Virus record (IMG/VR): IMGVR_UViG_3300020181_000002
Coordinates: 1 to 46,141 of that record
Strand: one strand, 5' to 3'
DNA: 46,141 bases
Origin: a virus
In this document: piece after piece, positions 15,498-22,693 of the stretch
How positions within the stretch are numbered: the first letter of the stretch is position 1
Layout: each line of letters begins with the position of its first letter
Made by a program: the position numbers and the translations under genes
The notes under the pieces: model-generated
Database searches by the model: none
The model's input: the letters and a program-made list of their open reading frames with translations, nothing else
Told to the model about the DNA's origin: nothing

Positions 15498-15613
15498 GCG
15501 CCGCTTCTGGTCCAACCAATCGGGCCAATCCAGGACGCCCGTAGCGTTGCACGAAGTGCCCGAAAAACTGCGCTCCCGGCCGGGATAACGGCTGGTCCTT
15601 GTGCCGCTGCGGT

Positions 15614-15632
15614 ATAGACTCCTCTGGTCTAT
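15614..15632. promoter_or_regulatory. Operator candidate O2: ATAGAC-TCCTCTG-GTCTAT
   Basis: Inverted repeat read directly. It overlaps the ATG (15631) of the first gene of the plus-strand early operon and includes a TATAGA -10-like hexamer. Confidence 0.6.
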
Positions 15633-15822
15633 GCCACTGAACGACAACAGAGCGCGCACGGTGCGCCGCTACAGCGTCGAGGACGCGTCCGGCGAGGTGC
15701 TCGCCGACGACGTGCCGGAGCGCGACCTGGCGGTGCGCCTGGCGCGCGAGCACGCGGGGCGCGCGTTCGCCCATGGGCGTGTCGACTGGTGCCGGGTGCC
15801 GGTGCGCTGGGAGGTCTGGTGA
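15631..15822 (+). CDS. Hypothetical early protein (63 aa)
   Basis: MPLNDNRARTVRRYSVEDASGEVL... First ORF of the early operon. Confidence 0.45.
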   Translation: MPLNDNRARTVRRYSVEDASGEVLADDVPERDLAVRLAREHAGRAFAHGRVDWCRVPVRWEVW

Positions 15823-16040
15823 TGCGTGGCTGCGCCTTGGACTGCGGCGCGTGCGCGCGCTGCGACGTGGCCGACTTCGACCGGCACGGCGACGAGGAGA
15901 CGCGCTGCGAGTGCGAGGCGTGCCGGCGCGTGCGTGCGCGTGCCGATCGCGAGGTGGCCTTCGTGCCGGTCCACGGCGGGATTTCCCGTTGGGCGCTCGA
16001 CGCGCTCGGCGGACGTGAGTGGTTCGCTGAAGAGGAGTGA
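15822..16040 (+). CDS. Cys-rich small protein (72 aa), probably metal-binding
   Basis: MRGCALDCGACARCDVADFDRHGDEETRCECEACRRV. The start overlaps the upstream stop by 1 nt (TGATG). Confidence 0.5.
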   Translation: MRGCALDCGACARCDVADFDRHGDEETRCECEACRRVRARADREVAFVPVHGGISRWALDALGGREWFAEEE

Positions 16041-16043
16041 GTG

Positions 16044-16247
16044 ATGCACTGGTATGTAGAGGCGCTGCGGAGCGAGCCGCAGCCTGACGGCGTGTTCGTC
16101 GTGCGGCGCGTGTCGCCGACGACGTGGATCGCGGTGCTGGAGCGCGACGGCGAGGAGCCCCGGTCGATCGGCTACTTCAGCAACGTCATGTCGGCACAGT
16201 CGGCCTGCCTGCGCTTTGGCTACGTGACCGAGGAGGTGGCGTCGTGA
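16044..16247 (+). CDS. Hypothetical early protein (67 aa)
   Basis: AGAGGAG 6 nt before ATG 16044: MHWYVEALRSEPQPDGVFVV... Confidence 0.5.
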   Translation: MHWYVEALRSEPQPDGVFVVRRVSPTTWIAVLERDGEEPRSIGYFSNVMSAQSACLRFGYVTEEVAS

Positions 16248-16723
16248 GCCGCCTCTACGAGCTAACCGGCGCGTACGCGGAGATCGCCGAGCGCGTGGCC
16301 GACGGCGACGAGCTGTCGAGCGGCAAGCTTGCCGAGCTGCACGACGCCATCGAGGTGAAGGCCGCTGCGATGGTGCGCATCCTGCGCGAGCTGGACCTCG
16401 ACATCGACAAGGTCGACGACGAGCTGCAGCGCCTTGCCGCGCGCAAGAAGGCGGCCGTCGCGAACCGCGAGCGCCTGCGCTCGTACGTGCGCGACTGCAT
16501 GGAGCAGGCCGGCGTGACGAAGCTGCGCGCCGGCACGTTCTCGATGAGCGTGTGCGACTGCCCCGAGCGCGTGGTCGTGCTCGACGAGGACAAGGTACCC
16601 GAGGCGTACACGCGCGTTCGGCGCGAGGTCGACAAGGCCGCAATCCTGCGCGCCTACAAGGACGACGGAGAGGTCGTCCCCGGCACCGCCATCGAGCGCG
16701 GTCGCCGTCTGGTGGTTCGGTGA
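16244..16723 (+). CDS. Siphovirus Gp157-like protein
   Basis: VSRLYELTGAYAEIAERVADGDE...IEVKAAAMVRILRELDLDIDKVDDELQRLAARKKA...FSMSV... follows the Gp157-family pattern. GTGA overlap, GAGGAGG upstream. It precedes erf. Confidence 0.6.
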   Translation: MSRLYELTGAYAEIAERVADGDELSSGKLAELHDAIEVKAAAMVRILRELDLDIDKVDDELQRLAARKKAAVANRERLRSYVRDCMEQAGVTKLRAGTFSMSVCDCPERVVVLDEDKVPEAYTRVRREVDKAAILRAYKDDGEVVPGTAIERGRRLVVR

Positions 16724-16742
16724 GTGAAGTAAGGAGGACCAA

Positions 16743-16928
16743 GTGAGTAAGGAAGCCAAGATGATGTATCACATGGAGCTGGACATCGAGCTGACGGCCG
16801 ACGAGATGCGCGCCGTCCGCGCGTCCGTAAATGCGCCCGGTGGACGCAGTAACTACGACGCGCTCGTCACGTTCATTCAGCGCCAGATTGCCAGCGGCAT
16901 CAGCAACGCAGTCGAGGCGTCACGATGA
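16743..16928 (+). CDS. Hypothetical protein (61 aa)
   Basis: AAGGAGG 5 nt before GTG 16743. Confidence 0.45.
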   Translation: MSKEAKMMYHMELDIELTADEMRAVRASVNAPGGRSNYDALVTFIQRQIASGISNAVEASR

Positions 16929-17599
16929 GCGGCGAACTCGCAAAGGCGCTCGCTGCCGCGCGCGCGGAGCTATCGGGCAAGGTCTACGCGGCCGGCTGGA
17001 ACGCGCACAATCGCTACGCGTACGTCGGCCATCGCGACGTGCTCGCGAGCGGCGTGCGCGAGGCGCTGTCGAACCACGGCCTCGCCGTCGTGCAGACGAG
17101 CGTGGAGTACGTCGGCGAGCTGCCGGGCGGCAAGAACGTCGTGCTCCTCTGGCGCGGGACGTATCGCGTGCTGCACAGCTCGGGCGAGCACATCGACATG
17201 ACCATCCAGGGCACGTGCCAGCACAACGACAAGGCCGCCTACCAGGTGAACACCATGCTGGACCGGACCATCTACCTGCGCTTGCTCGCGCTGGCCGGGT
17301 CGAGCGAGGAGGAGACCGACGACGACCGAGACCACCGCGCGCTGAAGAAGGAGGCGCAGGAGAATGGTCCGCCACCTGCAGACGCGCCGAACCCCACGGA
17401 CAAGGAGGTCGCGGACCTGGTGACGCGGCTCAGCCAGGCGCAGACGAACGCCGAGGTCGACAAGATCCGTGCGGACGGCGAGGCCATCCGCGCGCGCATG
17501 ACCAAGGCGCACAAGCTCGCGATGGCCGAGGCCAAGGACGCCGCCCTCAACCGCATCGCCAACGCGCAGCACCAGGCGCAGAACGGCGGTGCGGCATGA
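16925..17599 (+). CDS. erf: ERF-family single-strand annealing recombinase
   Basis: LAAARAEL...NRYAYVGHRDVLASGVREALSNHGLAVVQ...HSSGEHID...DKAAYQVNTMLDRTIYLRLLAL matches the P22 Erf-type pattern. Confidence 0.75.
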   Translation: MSGELAKALAAARAELSGKVYAAGWNAHNRYAYVGHRDVLASGVREALSNHGLAVVQTSVEYVGELPGGKNVVLLWRGTYRVLHSSGEHIDMTIQGTCQHNDKAAYQVNTMLDRTIYLRLLALAGSSEEETDDDRDHRALKKEAQENGPPPADAPNPTDKEVADLVTRLSQAQTNAEVDKIRADGEAIRARMTKAHKLAMAEAKDAALNRIANAQHQAQNGGAA

Positions 17600-17817
17600 T
17601 CCGCGAGTACACCGTGTACAAGCGCGAGGGTCTCGGCGCGGGCGTGGTCGACACCTCGGTCGGCCGCTTCACGTCGCTCGTGCAGGCGCTACGCGTGGCC
17701 GCTGCGCGCGCGTGCGTGCCAATCGAAGAGGCGCAAGAGATGGACGGCGACGACCCGCGCGAGTGGGTGAGCTTCAAGGGATGGGGCGGGTTCTTCTACG
17801 TGGGAGGTGAGCTGTGA
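17596..17817 (+). CDS. Hypothetical protein (73 aa)
   Basis: ATGA overlap with erf: MIREYTVYKREGLGAGVVD... Confidence 0.5.
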   Translation: MIREYTVYKREGLGAGVVDTSVGRFTSLVQALRVAAARACVPIEEAQEMDGDDPREWVSFKGWGGFFYVGGEL

Positions 17818-17981
17818 GAGATCAAGTGAACGAGTACGGACTCACCTTCGCCGAGTGGCTCGGCGCAGCCGGCTACGGCGAGCGCGCGCTCGCGTTGCTC
17901 GAGGCGTGGCAGAACGGCGAAGACCCGACCGACCACGCCGCCGAGCTGCAGCACGCGCGCCACGCGGAGGTGCAGCCATGA
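17814..17981 (+). CDS. Hypothetical protein (55 aa)
   Basis: My own translation: VRDQVNEYGLTFAEWLGAAGYGERALALLEAWQNGEDPTDH... GTGA overlap, GGGAGG upstream, and ATGA overlap with ssb. Confidence 0.45.
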   Translation: MRDQVNEYGLTFAEWLGAAGYGERALALLEAWQNGEDPTDHAAELQHARHAEVQP

Positions 17982-18424
17982 ACGTCTGGTCCATCACCGG
18001 CAACCTCGGGCGCGACCCGTCCCTGCGCGCCATCAACAACGGCGACCCCGTGCTGAACCTGAGCGTGGCGGTCAGCAGACGCGCCAAGGTCGATGGCCAG
18101 TGGCAGAACGTGACCCTCTGGGTCGACGTGACGCTGTTTGGCCGGCGCGCCGAGGCGCTGCACAAGATCCTCGCCAAAGGCATGCGCGTCGGCGCCACGG
18201 GCGAGCTGAACCTGCGCGAGTACCAGGCGCGCGACGGCACGACCAAGCACCAGCTCGAACTCATCGCGCGCGACGTCGAGCCGCTCGACAAGGCAAGCGA
18301 GGCACGCCCGCAGGGAGGCGCACGCGAGCACCGCGACGACTTCGCGCATGGCGGCTACGGGTCGCAGCGACGGCCACCCGACGCGAAGTTCGCGATCGAC
18401 GAGGACGACGACATTCCGTTCTAG
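17978..18424 (+). CDS. ssb: Single-stranded DNA-binding protein
   Basis: OB-fold N-terminus MNVWSITGNLGRDPSLR...W..V.LFG..AE, then a Gly/Arg linker and the canonical acidic tip DEDDDIPF. Confidence 0.9.
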   Translation: MNVWSITGNLGRDPSLRAINNGDPVLNLSVAVSRRAKVDGQWQNVTLWVDVTLFGRRAEALHKILAKGMRVGATGELNLREYQARDGTTKHQLELIARDVEPLDKASEARPQGGAREHRDDFAHGGYGSQRRPPDAKFAIDEDDDIPF

Positions 18425-18471
18425 GTGGATTCCACCATTCCCAGCTAGGGACTGGTGTCCGATAATCCACC
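18424..18471. terminator. Hairpin-forming spacer between convergent genes: GGTGGATT ... AATCCACC (8-bp arms), with an inner GGTGG-ATT-CCACC hairpin
   Basis: Read directly. The lower-GC 47-bp gap between the ssb stop and the stop of the 18472-18699 gene is bracketed exactly by the inverted repeat. There is no clear U-tract. Confidence 0.4.
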
Positions 18472-18699
18472 TTATGGGACAGGAGGCTGCTCGCGTTCGC
18501 GAGCGGCCCATGCGTCGATCTCGCGCATCTTGGCGCGATGGTGCCGCTCGATGAGCACGAGCCCGACAAGGCTCAGGAGCCCGAGCGCCAAGACCCACCA
18601 GCCATGCGGGTCGTCTTCGGCGAGGCGCTGGAAGGCCAAGAGCAGCGTCAAGCCGACGACCACGATCGAGAAGCTGTTGCGCTTCAGCGTGTCTCTCAT
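18472..18699 (-). CDS. Membrane protein (75 aa, two TM)
   Basis: MRDTLKRNSFSIVVVGLTLLLAF...WWVLALGLLSLVGLVLI. Stand-alone minus-strand gene, divergent from the fibre-like gene. Confidence 0.5.
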   Translation of the reverse strand: MRDTLKRNSFSIVVVGLTLLLAFQRLAEDDPHGWWVLALGLLSLVGLVLIERHHRAKMREIDAWAAREREQPPVP

Positions 18700-18737
18700 C
18701 CGGCAAGCATAGAGCGCCCCGTGAGACACTGGCTGCC

Positions 18738-19466
18738 ATGCATCGCATCGACCACGCAACGCGCGCCGTCGACCTGCACGGCCCCGGCAAGGATGGCTTC
18801 ACGGGCGGAGACCCCGTGCAGGGCCTCGCCGGCACGACGGTCACGGCCGACTGGCTGAACGCCATCCAGGAGGAGATCGCGAACGCCGTCGCGCTCGGCA
18901 ACGTCGCGCTCGCGAAGGGCGCCAACAACCAGCTCGCGCAGGTCATCGCCGCGCTCACAGCAGACGACCCCGAGGCGCCGCCCGAGCAGACGCCCGTCGT
19001 CGACCGCGTCTCGTACGTCGGTCTTCAGGACATCCGCTGCGTCATCGCGCCTGACCTCGGCGCGACCTACGGCTGGGCCATCAATCCCGACTTCGAGCTG
19101 AACGCGCGCGCGGCCGGCATCCGCGCGCGGCACGCGATCAACATCCCGACTGGCGCCGAGGTGAGCTTCGTCGAGGCCGCCGTGTTCGGGCCTGGCGTGA
19201 AGCTGCATCTGTTCCGCGAGACCTACGCGGCAAACGGCGCGAGCCCCGCATCGCAAGGTGCGCGCGTCACGGACGTGGTCGACCAGGATGGCGTGTGGAA
19301 CGTGCTCAACTGCACGGCAACGGCGCTGCAGAACAAGGCGACGAGCCGCATGATCGTCGAGCTCGAGGCATCCGGCAACGCCGTGCCGCTCGTCGGCGGC
19401 TACGGCCTTTTTCGCTGGCTGCGCATCGGGTGGCGCGGACTCGCGACGCTGCCTGACACGGTCTAA
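18738..19466 (+). CDS. Tail-fibre-like protein (242 aa) encoded outside the structural module
   Basis: The N-terminus HRIDHATRAVDLHGPGKDGFTGGDPVQGLAGTTVTADWLNAIQEEIANAV is the conserved motif seen in many phage tail fibre proteins (F.dGdp..g.paT.v.a.wlN..QEE). Confidence 0.6.
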   Translation: MHRIDHATRAVDLHGPGKDGFTGGDPVQGLAGTTVTADWLNAIQEEIANAVALGNVALAKGANNQLAQVIAALTADDPEAPPEQTPVVDRVSYVGLQDIRCVIAPDLGATYGWAINPDFELNARAAGIRARHAINIPTGAEVSFVEAAVFGPGVKLHLFRETYAANGASPASQGARVTDVVDQDGVWNVLNCTATALQNKATSRMIVELEASGNAVPLVGGYGLFRWLRIGWRGLATLPDTV

Positions 19467-19753
19467 ACGTCGGCGGGCGGCTGCGTCAGCTCGACGATGC
19501 TCACGTTGCGCGCCCGGTCGAAGGATATCTCGGCCATGCGCAGGAACGTCGCCAGGTCGAGCCCGGTGCCACGCGCCAGGACGGCGGACGCCTGGATGGC
19601 GCCCGCGACGACGGCCGCATCCACCGGCTCCTCGCTGTACTGGCAGAGCGCCTTGCTCGCGCGCGCGTCGACGTCCTTGAAGAAGGCGGCGCGACTGACC
19701 GGCCGGTCCGGTTGCTCGACGTAGAAGGCTGTCGGCTGCTTCATGCTGTCCAT
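19463..19753 (-). CDS. Hypothetical protein (96 aa), member of a local repeat family
   Basis: Last gene of the par operon. It shares ...VDAAVVAGAIQASAVLARGTGLDLATFLRM with motifs in the two genes upstream. Confidence 0.55.
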   Translation of the reverse strand: MDSMKQPTAFYVEQPDRPVSRAAFFKDVDARASKALCQYSEEPVDAAVVAGAIQASAVLARGTGLDLATFLRMAEISFDRARNVSIVELTQPPADV

Positions 19754-19756
19754 GGC

Positions 19757-19924
19757 TCAGTCTCCCAGCGGCTCGGGCGGATGGTCGGTCCAGTAGTCGA
19801 CGCGCTCGGCGATGACGATGGCGCCGCACGTGGCCGCGAAGACAGCCATCGCCAAGAGCGCCGTCGCCACGATGAAGCCGACGAGCTGCTCGCGCTCGTA
19901 CGGGCTCGACCCGCGTTCCCCCAT
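19757..19924 (-). CDS. Small membrane protein (55 aa)
   Basis: My own translation: MGERGSSPYEREQLVGFIVATALLAMAVFAATCGAIVIAERVDYWTDHPPEPLGD. One TM. Below the track cut-off. Confidence 0.45.
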   Translation of the reverse strand: MGERGSSPYEREQLVGFIVATALLAMAVFAATCGAIVIAERVDYWTDHPPEPLGD

Positions 19925-19966
19925 GGCCGAGACCCTAGCGCACTAGACTCCAGAACAACAAGAGCG

Positions 19967-19983
19967 CGCCTCGGCGTGAGGCG
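19967..19983 (-). terminator. Weak intrinsic-terminator-like hairpin CGCCTC-N5-GAGGCG followed by CTCTTGTTGTT on the minus strand
   Basis: Read directly in the 185-bp non-coding gap inside the par operon. The stem is short and the U-tract imperfect. Confidence 0.25.
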
Positions 19984-20109
19984 GCTCGCGGGGTAGCGAC
20001 GGCTCTCATCCGGGGTGAGGACTTCGGCCCGGCGCATGATCGACGCCGAGCAGGAAGGCCGAGGCGCGCAAAAGGACGGTCGCACGGGCACCGGCGCCCG
20101 CGCCAAGAA

Positions 20110-20337
20110 TCAGTTCCGGCGCTGCGCGCCGACGAGGCCGTAGACGTTCGCGACGGCCGTTGCGATCTCCCGCTTCGAGTGCCCGGCCTGCTTGAGCAGG
20201 GTCACGGCGCACGTGAGCACGGCGAAGGCGCTGTCCGGGTCCTTGGGCAGCTCGGCGTGCGGGATGCGCTCGATGGCATCGAGGATGAGCTGGCAGCGGC
20301 GCTGCAGCTCGACGAGGTCGTCGCGCGACAGGGTCAT
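20110..20337 (-). CDS. Hypothetical protein (75 aa), member of a local repeat family
   Basis: MTLSRDDLVELQRRCQLILDAIERIPHAELPKDPDSAFAVLTCAVTLLKQAGHS... ATGA overlap upstream. Confidence 0.55.
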   Translation of the reverse strand: MTLSRDDLVELQRRCQLILDAIERIPHAELPKDPDSAFAVLTCAVTLLKQAGHSKREIATAVANVYGLVGAQRRN

Positions 20338-20855
20338 GCCTTGCCGCCCTTCTTCTGCGCCATGTCGGCGATGCGCTTCTCCGCATCGAGGAAGGCCATT
20401 CGGCCCAGCTCGTGAAACACGGTGGGCGGGACGCCGACGCGCGCGAACTGCTTCGCGCACAGCGACACGAGCGCGAAGCATGCGTCATCGCCGACCGGGT
20501 CGAGCTTCGCGCGCTCGAGCGCTCCCTTCAGGCGCATCATGCGCGGGTAGATGTCCGTGCCCTTCGGCATGCCATCGAAGGCCGGCACGCCCTCGACCTT
20601 CTGGTCCTGCCAGACCTCGTTGCAGGTCTCGATGAAGCCGAGCCAGAAGTCGAGCCCCATGCCCTTGACGGCGTAGACCTGCGCGACCCAGCCGATGCAG
20701 ACGGCGCACCAGTCGATGGTGCCGGGGATGCGCGCGCGCTGCAGCGCCCTGGCCACGTCGTTCATGTGCCGCACGTAGTCGCGCTCGTCCTCGTCGGTCA
20801 CCTCGATCGAGGCCAGCTCCTCCGCGCTCGGGCGGTCGATGCCTCGTCGCTTCAT
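20334..20855 (-). CDS. Hypothetical protein (173 aa) with two copies of the local repeat
   Basis: ALQRARIPGTIDWCAVCIGWVAQVYAVKGMGLDFWLGF and ALERAKLDPVGDDACFALVSLCAKQFARVGVPPTVF. ATGA overlap upstream. Confidence 0.55.
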   Translation of the reverse strand: MKRRGIDRPSAEELASIEVTDEDERDYVRHMNDVARALQRARIPGTIDWCAVCIGWVAQVYAVKGMGLDFWLGFIETCNEVWQDQKVEGVPAFDGMPKGTDIYPRMMRLKGALERAKLDPVGDDACFALVSLCAKQFARVGVPPTVFHELGRMAFLDAEKRIADMAQKKGGKA

Positions 20856-21250
20856 GGCAGCCACTCGCTTTCGATCCGGTCAGCCACGCGCTGCAGCGCG
20901 AGCGCAAGTTGCGGATGGTCGCGCTCCTCGAGCTGGCGCGCGCGCTGGCGCAGCTCATCGACGGCGTACGCGAGCTCTCCTTCGTCCGGCCGCCCGAACG
21001 GCGTGGCGCTGGTCGCCTTGGGCCGAGCCCGCTCCTGCCAGGTCATCACCAGGTCTTCGCCCGACTCGCGCTGCACCTTGGCGGCGACGCTGTCGATGAA
21101 GCGATGCGAGCACTTCCGGCAGAGCCGCGCGATGAAGCAGTCGCGACCAGAGCCATCCTTGAGGTTGCCCGTGACCTTCGACTCGGCATAGATGGGCACG
21201 CCGCGCTCGACGTGCCTGCAGTCGATGACGTCTAGCTCGCGAGAGGTCAC
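20852..21250 (-). CDS. Hypothetical protein (132 aa) with C/H cluster
   Basis: GTG 21250 (GTGA overlap, AGGAG upstream): VTSRELDVIDCRHVERG...CFIARLCRKCSHRF. Confidence 0.5.
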   Translation of the reverse strand: MTSRELDVIDCRHVERGVPIYAESKVTGNLKDGSGRDCFIARLCRKCSHRFIDSVAAKVQRESGEDLVMTWQERARPKATSATPFGRPDEGELAYAVDELRQRARQLEERDHPQLALALQRVADRIESEWLP

Positions 21251-21477
21251 GACTGCTCCTGCTTCTTGGCGACCATGGCATCGTCGACGCTGAGCAGCGC
21301 GCTGCCGAGCGCGCGCTGCACCTCGTAGGCGGGCACACGCTGGGTGCCGAGCATCACGAGGCCGATGCGCACGACCTCGCCCGCGTAGCCGCACTGCGTG
21401 CACGTGCCCTGGCGACGGCGCACGCCGCCCGGAAACTGCTGGCCCGTGTCGATGCGCCGCATGCGCTGCGCCATCAT
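21247..21477 (-). CDS. Hypothetical protein (76 aa)
   Basis: MMAQRMRRIDTGQQFPGGVRRRQGTCTQCGYAGEVV... ATGA overlap upstream. Confidence 0.45.
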   Translation of the reverse strand: MMAQRMRRIDTGQQFPGGVRRRQGTCTQCGYAGEVVRIGLVMLGTQRVPAYEVQRALGSALLSVDDAMVAKKQEQS

Positions 21478-21773
21478 CCGGCCTCGCGCGCTGGTACCAT
21501 CTCGGGACCATCCTGGTCCAGTCTTGGTGCCGGCTTGCCGGCGTTGGCGCGCAGCCACTCGCGCACGATGCGCCGGACGAGCTTCTGCTCGCTGAGGTCG
21601 CGCTGCTCGCCGGCCGTGCGGAGCAGCTCGGCCTCGAGGTCGTTGAGCCGGAACTTCTTCTGGATGTGCGGCAGCGCGTCCCACGCTCTACGCCTGGCCG
21701 ATCGGGGGCCGCCCGCTGGAACCTCCGCCTCCCACTCCTCGCCCGTCTTCGCCTTCATCCGTTCGATTGGCAT
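21474..21773 (-). CDS. Ribbon-helix-helix protein, ParG/CopG-like candidate centromere-binding partner of ParA
   Basis: KKFRLNDLEAELLRTAGEQRDLSEQKLVRRIVREWL fits a strand-helix-helix pattern. GGAGGG 5 nt before ATG 21773. The start lies inside the 3' tail of parA in another frame. Confidence 0.6.
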   Translation of the reverse strand: MPIERMKAKTGEEWEAEVPAGGPRSARRRAWDALPHIQKKFRLNDLEAELLRTAGEQRDLSEQKLVRRIVREWLRANAGKPAPRLDQDGPEMVPAREAG

Positions 21774-22434
21774 CTACACCCTCCAGTAAATCGTTCGCCT
21801 CTTGCACGAGCGCCGCGACCTCGTCGGCGGCCTTGGCCGCGCCCCGGCCAAGCTCGAAGACGCTCAGCCCCTCGGCGCCGCACGCGTCGAACGGCGCCTG
21901 GCGGTAGTGAATGAGCGTGGTCGCGCGCCGCATCGAGGGGAACTGGTCGATGAAATCGATGGCGGCGCGCGCCGAGCGCGACATGACCCAGTTCGACGAC
22001 GCCTTGTTGAGCATGGCCAGCGCCTTGAGCTGCGGGTTGGACTCGCGCGCCTCGGCGAGCAGCTCGTCCATCTTCTCGACGGCGTAGAGCTCGAACTGCC
22101 CGGCCGCGAACGGCATGACGATCACGTGCGCCGCGCGCATGCCGCTGCGCAGCTCCTGCAGGTCGGCGCCGGCTGCGTCGACGACGAGGTCATCGAAGTC
22201 GCGCGCGAGCGCCTCGAGCGGCCCCTTGATGCGCCCGGCCATCACGCGGCAGTCGATGCGCGGCAGGTCCGGCCAGCGGTCCAGGCGCTTGGTCGCCCAT
22301 GCGTTGAGGTGCTGCTGGCCGTCCGCGTCGACCAGACACACGCGCCGACCGTGCAGCGCGAGATGAACCGCGACGTTGAGGTTGAGCGTGGTCTTGCCGA
22401 CGCCGCCTTTGCTGCACGCGACCATGTAAATCAT
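21688..22434 (-). CDS. parA: ParA/Soj-family partition ATPase
   Basis: Deviant Walker A MVACSKGGVGKTTLNLNVA, then CLVDADGQ and VVDAAG. Start is ATG 22434 (MIYMVACSKGG). The longer ORF prefix is non-coding-like. Confidence 0.85.
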   Translation of the reverse strand: MIYMVACSKGGVGKTTLNLNVAVHLALHGRRVCLVDADGQQHLNAWATKRLDRWPDLPRIDCRVMAGRIKGPLEALARDFDDLVVDAAGADLQELRSGMRAAHVIVMPFAAGQFELYAVEKMDELLAEARESNPQLKALAMLNKASSNWVMSRSARAAIDFIDQFPSMRRATTLIHYRQAPFDACGAEGLSVFELGRGAAKAADEVAALVQEANDLLEGVDANRTDEGEDGRGVGGGGSSGRPPIGQA

Positions 22435-22436
22435 GC

Positions 22437-22508
22437 GGGACCAACATGGTCCGAGACCGGGACCATGTCGAGACCAAAGCGCCACCGCAAGTGCACCATG
22501 TTGGTCCC
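22437..22508. promoter_or_regulatory. parS/operator-like repeat cluster: GGGACCAACATGGTCC (22437-22452), GGGACCATG (22459-22467) and inverted CCATGTTGGTCCC (22496-22508), plus GAGACC x2
   Basis: Read directly, immediately upstream of the parA start in the parA/initiator divergent region. Confidence 0.6.
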
Positions 22509-22635
22509 ACTCTGGTGGCGTCCTGGTGCCTAAAACCATAGACGCGTCGCTGCCTTGCGTCCGAGCGCTAGCGACGGTAAGCATCGTCAAGCGCCGACGA
22601 CGGCGCGACAACGCGGCTCTCAAAGTGCAACGCCC

Positions 22636-22670
22636 CTGAACCCCCACGGCCTGCCAGCTACGTGGTTCAG
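22636..22670. promoter_or_regulatory. Inverted repeat CTGAACC...GGTTCAG with inner CACG/CGTG arms, upstream of the initiator-like gene
   Basis: Read directly, about 25 bp upstream of ATG 22694. Confidence 0.35.
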
Positions 22671-22693
22671 AGGCGCTTGCCGAGGTACTTCGC

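Noticed and set aside
21688-21773. The 86-nt parA/RHH overlap considered as evidence of a frameshift error or a fused ParA-ParG.
   Set aside because: The RHH ORF has its own strong GGAGGG-N5-ATG start. The last 30 residues or so of the ParA ORF look like low-complexity read-through (GEDGRGVGGGGSSGRPP). A real overlap is the simpler explanation, although it cannot be proved from sequence alone.
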